From positions 35,640 to 99,639 of the forward strand of contig CAMOIJ010000001.1 in the NCBI GenBank assembly GCA_946615865.1: DNA of 64,000 bases, in the 5' to 3' direction. A program made the position numbers and the translations under genes. The stretch comes from an uncultured Lachnospiraceae bacterium. GTDB taxonomy: Bacteria > Bacillota > Clostridia > Lachnospirales > Lachnospiraceae. The notes below the pieces were generated by a model. The model was not told where the DNA came from and searched no databases. It was given only the letters and a program-made list of their open reading frames with translations. Within the stretch, counting starts at the first letter, position 1; the number at the start of each line of letters is the position of its first letter. Shown one piece after another: positions 58,319-64,000 of the stretch.

Positions 58319-59388
58319 TTACCTCCTCTGATCGCATTTGTTGTCTCCTTGTCGAAGAAATGCTTCCGTTTGAAGGAGAAGGAAATACCATCGCCGGCCT
58401 TGAGCTCTTTCCAGCCCTTAAGCTTCGCGACGATCCTGGGACCGCCGCCAGCGATATATCCATGAACCAGTGTGTTCATACCAAGATTCTCGTTGTTCTG
58501 CACATCTACGGGAACTTCCGTGCCTTCCTCGATATTCTCGGGGCGGACGCCCAGAACGATCTCTTTGCCTCTGTAAGAAGCAAGTGTGCTCTTCTCTTCC
58601 TCGGTCAGCTTCACAGAGAATCCCTGTCCGTTGAGGACGCCGTCGCCGACGGTGACGTCAAAGAAATTCATAGGAGGAAGTCCGATGAAACTTGCTACGA
58701 AAATGTTGTCCGGATCGTCGTACAGTTCAAGAGGTGTTCCCACCTGCTGAACGTGTCCCATGGACATGCATACGATCCTGTCAGCCAGCGTAAGAGCTTC
58801 GGTCTGGTCGTGCGTGACATACATCATGGTCGCCTGCAGGCGCTTGTGCAGCAGCAGGATCTCACGTCTTGTCGCGCCTCTGAGCTTGGCGTCCAGGTTG
58901 GAAAGCGGCTCGTCGAAGAGGAAGACCTTGGGGTTGCGGACAATGGAACGGCCCATTGCCACACGCTGTCTCTGACCGCCGGAAAGCTGTGCCGGCTTCT
59001 TGTTCAGCTGGCTGGTGAGTCCGAGGATCTCTGCCGCCGCCAGAACTTTCTTATGGATCACGTTCGGATTCTCCTTGCGCAGTGTCAGGGAGAACGCCAT
59101 GTTTTCATAAATGGTCATGTGGCCGTACAGGGCGTAGCTCTGGAATACCATTGCCATGTCTCTGTCCTTGGCCGGTGCTGCTGTGATGTCTTTGCCGTCC
59201 AGCAGGAGTTTGCCGTTGGAAATGTCCTCAAGGCCTGCGACCATGCGCAGCGTAGTGGACTTTCCGCATCCGGAAGGACCGACCAGAACGATCAGTTCTC
59301 CGTCTTTTACGTCCAGATTGAAGTCAAAGACTGCCTGAACGTTATTATCATATATCTTATCGATATGCTGTAAGTTTAACGTTGCCAT
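58315..59388 (-). CDS. MalK/MsmX-type ABC ATPase (first copy)
   Basis: GPSGCGKST, LSGGQRQR, DEPLSNLDAK, VTHDQ. Confidence 0.93.
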   Translation of the reverse strand: MATLNLQHIDKIYDNNVQAVFDFNLDVKDGELIVLVGPSGCGKSTTLRMVAGLEDISNGKLLLDGKDITAAPAKDRDMAMVFQSYALYGHMTIYENMAFSLTLRKENPNVIHKKVLAAAEILGLTSQLNKKPAQLSGGQRQRVAMGRSIVRNPKVFLFDEPLSNLDAKLRGATRREILLLHKRLQATMMYVTHDQTEALTLADRIVCMSMGHVQQVGTPLELYDDPDNIFVASFIGLPPMNFFDVTVGDGVLNGQGFSVKLTEEEKSTLASYRGKEIVLGVRPENIEEGTEVPVDVQNNENLGMNTLVHGYIAGGGPRIVAKLKGWKELKAGDGISFSFKRKHFFDKETTNAIRGGK

Positions 59389-59403
59389 GTCTTTTTCTCC
59401 TTA

Positions 59404-59895
59404 TTAACTCTGGACACCGATTGCTTTCAAGTGCTCGCTCAGTTCGTTGCACTTCTTGAAGTTGATCGCCGCTGCTGCCAGGAGGCAAGCTGCGGAGAGC
59501 GCAAGATAGATACAGACTCTGATGAACTGACCGTTGTGCATTACCAGAACCTGCTCATTGTTTACCACGGTCGTCGCTATATGCGCACGCATGGGAATAA
59601 TGAATATTCTTACGATCTGAAGAATACCGACCACTGCAAGCACATAGGAATAGTTCTTGTTGTAGTTCTTGACTGCTTCCGAGGAAAGGAAGACTGCCAG
59701 CATAAAGATCAGATTGTAAACGATCGACGCACCGATCAGGATGTTGTAGTAGTAAGTTCCTACATCCGACTTATAAATACTGACAAAATAGAACACATTC
59801 AGCAGGATTCCGAGGTAGCAAAGGTTTGCGGACTGGGAATTCTTAATAAATCTCATCCGGTCGCGCGCGATCGTGAGCTCGTCGTTCATATTCAC
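59404..59895 (-). CDS. hypothetical 4-TM membrane protein
   Basis: GTGA overlap with upstream gene; four hydrophobic segments. Confidence 0.8.
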   Translation of the reverse strand: MNMNDELTIARDRMRFIKNSQSANLCYLGILLNVFYFVSIYKSDVGTYYYNILIGASIVYNLIFMLAVFLSSEAVKNYNKNYSYVLAVVGILQIVRIFIIPMRAHIATTVVNNEQVLVMHNGQFIRVCIYLALSAACLLAAAAINFKKCNELSEHLKAIGVQS

Positions 59896-60482
59896 GCCTG
59901 CACCCCCTTTTCTCCGCGAAGAAGCTGCTGCTCCTCTTTCATGAGTCTTGTCTTCCAGACTGCATTCGCTACCAGCAGCGCCGCTACGATGAGCAGGAGC
60001 GCAAATACAAGGTAATGAATATCAAACCAGAACGTGGACTCTGTATAGAGCGTGCCCCACATCTCCGCGTGTTCTTTAAGTGCGGCAAAATCCACCTGAA
60101 GGAACTGCCCCTTGAAGATTTCAATGTAGGTATGTCCGAAAATGGAGATTGCAACACTTGCAACTGCAAAGAGACCCGTAGCGACATAGTTGCCGATATA
60201 ATATTTCCTGCGCACATGGGTATTTGTGATAAACAGCAGTACGGCGAGCAGGATCAGACCGATGCTGTATTTCAGGAAGTAGTTGTTAAAATCCTGCATA
60301 TTGTAGTAAACAATAGAGCCGGGAACATCTGTCTGAAATACGTCGTTAGGGTTGCGCATCGTATCGTACAGCGCGTCGTACAGGTCGGTCATAATACCAA
60401 GTGCATAGAAGAATACCACTGCGCTCACGATGACCGCTGCCATGCAAAGGATCTTCTGCACTGTCAACTGTTTTTTATACAT
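59892..60482 (-). CDS. hypothetical 4-TM membrane protein
   Basis: GGAGG RBS before ATG 60482; four hydrophobic segments with two loops. Confidence 0.8.
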   Translation of the reverse strand: MYKKQLTVQKILCMAAVIVSAVVFFYALGIMTDLYDALYDTMRNPNDVFQTDVPGSIVYYNMQDFNNYFLKYSIGLILLAVLLFITNTHVRRKYYIGNYVATGLFAVASVAISIFGHTYIEIFKGQFLQVDFAALKEHAEMWGTLYTESTFWFDIHYLVFALLLIVAALLVANAVWKTRLMKEEQQLLRGEKGVQA

Positions 60483-60580
60483 GATGACCTCCACCATTTG
60501 TTGAGTAACGGTTTCATCCGGGCCGGGCGCCTGTGACGTCCGGCCGCGGACTTAGTAAGATCTTAAATTGGCCGGTTAGA

Positions 60581-62782
60581 TTAATTGCCGAGGCCCTGAT
60601 AGTAAGCAAGATCACGCTGCCAAGCTGCTTCCTTGAGTCCAAGGTACTGCTTGCCGCTCCAGTTGTTCGCAACATAATCCGCAGCTCCCTGCGCGTCGTT
60701 CACGGAAGAATCCAGAGCGCTGTAACCGCCGATGATCATGTTGACCAGAACGTTCTCGCCATCCTTCTGCTGGCTGAATTTCTCTTTCAGCTCAGTGTAG
60801 CCGCCGATCTTCTCGTTCTCAACACTGGTGTTGGGAAGAACGGTGGGAACAGAGGTGTACCACTGGTTATCTGCAACTGCGAGTTCAGGGTGCTTTACAA
60901 CGCCAAGAGCGATAGCCTTGGAGATGTGGCCTGCGCCTTCCTGACCGATCTCAGTTGTGCACTGATACTCGAACGCCTGGTTCTTTACGAAGGAAAGTGT
61001 GGAACCAAGATAGTAACGTGCGAAGTTGGTGTAGTTGCCGTCTGCCAGCTCCCAAAGCTCTTCTTTGGTCGCGTCAGCGATAACGGGCTGCTGTGTTCCG
61101 TTGAAGTCGAATGTCTCACCCTGCTTGATAAATGCATCGGGACCATAGCTCAGAAGAACCAGTCCTTCGGGTGTGTATGCGAAGTCGATCAGAGCAAGAG
61201 CTGCGTTGAGCTTGTCTGTGTCGGATCCTACGCCTGCCTTGGAGATTCCCCAGCCGTCTGTCTTAACAGAACGCCAGGACTCTGTAAAGTGCATGTATAC
61301 GCCGTCAGCATTTGTGCCGTCATACCAGCGTGCTACGGGAACCATAACCGCCATGTACTTCTCGCCCTCATCCTTCTGGAGCTTGGTCTCGTTAAGGATG
61401 GTCTGGGTCTGGTTGTAGTCATAGTGCATGAAGCCGAGGTCGTTCTCAAGATACTTGCCGGTGTTCTCTTCTGTGCTGCCGACAAAGCCGTCAGAAACAA
61501 GGCCTTCCTCTAACATTGTGTGAACTCTGTTAAGAGCCTCATAAGCTTCCGCATCCTGACGAGCATCGTGCAGAGTGCCGTCGTTGCCTACATACAGGTA
61601 ATCCTGACGGGACTCAAGGCCGCGGACGCCGAACAGTGTGCCGGCGAAACGGAACAGATCTACGCGGCGCTGGTTGTTGTTCTCTTCACGTGTGAACAGG
61701 CCCTGGATGGTATCTGTGCCATTCAGTGTCTGAGGGTTAGCCTTCACGCAGCGCAGCAGAGCTACCAGCTCGTCTGCGTCCCATGCGGCATTCTGGCCAA
61801 CGAACAGATCGGAACGCTGTGTTCCATAGTATCCGCCGTAAGCTTCGTCGATGTATGTACGGAGCATATTGACAGCAGCTACGCCGTCCATAGAACCTGC
61901 TTCGTTCATCTTGGCAACGATGTTGCCTGCTGCGTCATAATCCTTTGTAACCTTCTCAGCCTTTGTGCCGTCAGCGCTGACTACGTCAACTTCGACCTTG
62001 CCCTCTGTGGGCATATAAGGCTGATAAACAGGATCCGCTGTAGTATTGGAAGCATCCGCGGTGAACTCGCCTTCGCCGTCAAGGAGCTTCTGTACCCAGT
62101 CAACACGCATAAGGGGCATACGCTCGATATCGTTAACACCGTCGAAATAAGGGCTGAAGTAGATCGCGCCTGTGTCGGTGTTGCCGGTGATGGAGAGACG
62201 AACGATCGGGTTAGCATCCAGATATGCCTTGAAGTTGGGCATGGAATCAAGATACTCAGCGATATTTACAAGGCTTCCTGCCTCGCCGTTCTCTGTCAGC
62301 AGAGCTGCTGTACCGGAAACCATGTCTACGTCGCCGAGACGCTCTTTCCAATACTCGAACTCTTTGCTGGCGCTGTTGCCCTGGTATTTGTCTTCAAACT
62401 CAACGCCGAGCTTTTCCTGAACTGCTACCCATGTGGGCTTGAGGTCGCCAGCGTTATAGGTAACGCCGTCGGCCAGTGTGATACCGGAGCCTGCTGTCTC
62501 TGCATCGAAGCTGAGGCCGGTCTTTGTGCTGTTGTAACCGGTCGCCATGCGAAGCTTGGTTCCGGGCGCATAGGTCAGAGCCGCTGCGGGAGCCGCCTCT
62601 GCTGTAGCATCTGCAGTCTGCTGTCCTGCACCTGTATCAGCGGCTGCCTGTGTCTCCTGGCTTCCGCTTCCTGCAGGTGCGCCGTTCTGCTGGACCTGGA
62701 TCTTGGGTCCGCAGCCCGCGAGCAGCAATGTGCTCATAGCCGCTGCAAGCGTCAGAGCGAGTGCTGATTTAATCTTTTTCAT
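60581..62782 (-). CDS. very large carbohydrate ABC substrate-binding lipoprotein (~733 aa)
   Basis: MKKIK...LLAGC lipobox after AGGAGG; YLDSMPNFKAYL...G.IY, RVDWVQKL, GWGIS, ALIDFAYTPEG family-1 SBP patterns. Confidence 0.85.
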   Translation of the reverse strand: MKKIKSALALTLAAAMSTLLLAGCGPKIQVQQNGAPAGSGSQETQAAADTGAGQQTADATAEAAPAAALTYAPGTKLRMATGYNSTKTGLSFDAETAGSGITLADGVTYNAGDLKPTWVAVQEKLGVEFEDKYQGNSASKEFEYWKERLGDVDMVSGTAALLTENGEAGSLVNIAEYLDSMPNFKAYLDANPIVRLSITGNTDTGAIYFSPYFDGVNDIERMPLMRVDWVQKLLDGEGEFTADASNTTADPVYQPYMPTEGKVEVDVVSADGTKAEKVTKDYDAAGNIVAKMNEAGSMDGVAAVNMLRTYIDEAYGGYYGTQRSDLFVGQNAAWDADELVALLRCVKANPQTLNGTDTIQGLFTREENNNQRRVDLFRFAGTLFGVRGLESRQDYLYVGNDGTLHDARQDAEAYEALNRVHTMLEEGLVSDGFVGSTEENTGKYLENDLGFMHYDYNQTQTILNETKLQKDEGEKYMAVMVPVARWYDGTNADGVYMHFTESWRSVKTDGWGISKAGVGSDTDKLNAALALIDFAYTPEGLVLLSYGPDAFIKQGETFDFNGTQQPVIADATKEELWELADGNYTNFARYYLGSTLSFVKNQAFEYQCTTEIGQEGAGHISKAIALGVVKHPELAVADNQWYTSVPTVLPNTSVENEKIGGYTELKEKFSQQKDGENVLVNMIIGGYSALDSSVNDAQGAADYVANNWSGKQYLGLKEAAWQRDLAYYQGLGN

Positions 62783-62840
62783 TACTATTCCTCCTGGATA
62801 ATATGAATAATACCTATGATTACTCTCGTTATTTCTATCA

Positions 62841-63731
62841 TTACTCCTTGACGCCGCCGACGTTTGTGCCCTTGGCAAAATATTTCTGGATGAAAGGATA
62901 GATAATAAGGATCGGTACAATCGAGCAAACGATCAGTGCATAGATTACCGAGTCAGAAGCAAACGCTTTGTTCCAGCCTGCCATTGCCTCGGGATCCGTG
63001 TACTGCTCCAGTCTCAGACGGATAAATACCTGCAGCGGATGCTCGTTCTGGTTGGAGATCATCTGGCGTGCCCAGAAATATCCATTCCAGCGCGAAATTG
63101 CGAAGAACAGCGCTACCGTCGCGATCGTGGATTTACTCATCGGGAGATATACCTGTGTGAGGACCTGCATTTCAGTCGCGCCGTCAACGATCGCGGCTTC
63201 CTCGATCTCGGAAGGAACTCCCTCAAAAGCATTACGAAGCAGGATGATGTTCATGGCCGCCATACCCATGGCGATAACTACGAGCCACTTATCATCCATG
63301 ATTCCCATGGAATTAAACACTTCCTTGGTTGCCAGGTAGTTCAGGTACTGAGGTACGATACCTGCGGAGAACCACATGGTGAAAACCAGGAAGAAGTTGA
63401 AGAATTTTCTGAACAGCAGTCTCTTTTTGGACAGCGCGTAGCCGCCGAGGATGGCGACGAACATTGCCCAGAGCGTGCCGAACAGGGTCAGGAACAGCGT
63501 GTTGGAATACGCGTTCCAGAACATGTTGTCATTAAACATCAGCTTAAAGGCGTCAAACTGAATGTCCTTGGGGAAGAGTACGATCTGGCCGTACTCAACT
63601 GCTGACCTTCCGCTTATGGAAGCGCTGATCGCGTATACAAACGGATACAGGCAGCAAAGGGCAAATACCGTAAGCAGGGTATAGCTGATGACTTTAAAGA
63701 TCAACTCAGAGATTTCCAGTTTCCTCTTCAT
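62841..63731 (-). CDS. carbohydrate ABC permease (MalG/LplC-like)
   Basis: LLRNAFEGVPSEIEEAAIVDGA EAA loop, LFFAISRWN, PILIIYPFIQKYF.KG. Confidence 0.93.
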   Translation of the reverse strand: MKRKLEISELIFKVISYTLLTVFALCCLYPFVYAISASISGRSAVEYGQIVLFPKDIQFDAFKLMFNDNMFWNAYSNTLFLTLFGTLWAMFVAILGGYALSKKRLLFRKFFNFFLVFTMWFSAGIVPQYLNYLATKEVFNSMGIMDDKWLVVIAMGMAAMNIILLRNAFEGVPSEIEEAAIVDGATEMQVLTQVYLPMSKSTIATVALFFAISRWNGYFWARQMISNQNEHPLQVFIRLRLEQYTDPEAMAGWNKAFASDSVIYALIVCSIVPILIIYPFIQKYFAKGTNVGGVKE

Positions 63732-63743
63732 AGCCCCTCCTTA

Positions 63744-64000
63744 TCAGTATAGTGATGTGTTAGATGCCTTACGGGCGATTGTGTTAGCACCGATGACCAG
63801 CAGCATACCGATGACGTTGTTCATCATTTCGGCCGCCGCCGCTATTCCGACACCGGCGCCGGAACCCATACCATTTCTGTTCGCGAAGGTGGAAACAACG
63901 TCCGCCGTCACATATGTGTTGGGATTGTACAGCAGCAATACTTTCTCATAGCCGATGTTCAGCAGTGAACCGATCCTGGTGATGAGCATGATAACGATTG
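63744..64000 (-). CDS. carbohydrate ABC permease (MalF/LplB-like), 3' part only
   Basis: IG.LLNIGYEKVLLLYNP.TY.TADVVST; runs off window edge. Confidence 0.88.
   Translation of the reverse strand, partial: IVIMLITRIGSLLNIGYEKVLLLYNPNTYVTADVVSTFANRNGMGSGAGVGIAAAAEMMNNVIGMLLVIGANTIARKASNTSLY

Noticed and set aside
255-64000. Numerous long antisense/alternate-frame ORFs (e.g. 1909-3186, 12629-13855, 42409-43821, 55509-57050, 61520-62767)
   Set aside because: They shadow well-supported genes on the opposite strand, lack motifs and RBSs, and are expected from GC-rich third-position codon bias.

Overview
Chromosomal segment of a moderately GC-rich anaerobic Firmicute; gene content and style suggest Lachnospiraceae/Clostridia, which is an inference. 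From left to right it holds: a patatin; an Rrf2 regulator divergent from a metY-cysK sulfur amino-acid operon; a PsiE-like protein, a CLC channel, a flavodiiron protein and DUF4097/DUF3048 surface proteins; an mglBAC galactoside ABC transporter followed by a YesN/YesM two-component system with two accessory binding proteins; a two-gene sufC/sufB-like pair; a 1606-aa clostripain + BspA-LRR surface protein; a decayed citG/chromate-transporter/LysR locus; an RsbU-like phosphatase and a cation:proton antiporter; an uncharacterised sugar-acid operon (YhcH, cyclase, PanE-like, ABC, amidohydrolase); and a roughly 21-kb pectin/galacturonate locus (ABC importer, GH28, GH105, AraC, kduI/kduD, GH4, uxaB, uxaA, kdgK, uxaC). 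The best candidates for something new are: (1) an unannotated 41-codon Met/Cys-rich leader ORF with mutually exclusive terminator/antiterminator pairings upstream of metY-cysK, i.e. a putative ribosome-mediated sulfur attenuator; (2) a pectin-oligomer ABC importer with an oversized binding protein, two ATPases and four interleaved unknown membrane proteins; (3) the orphan YhcH-cyclase-PanE-amidohydrolase sugar-acid pathway; (4) a riboswitch-like terminator leader upstream of the antiporter. I recognised no rRNA, tRNA, CRISPR array, integrase or transposase. All family calls come from motif recognition by eye; no searches were run.
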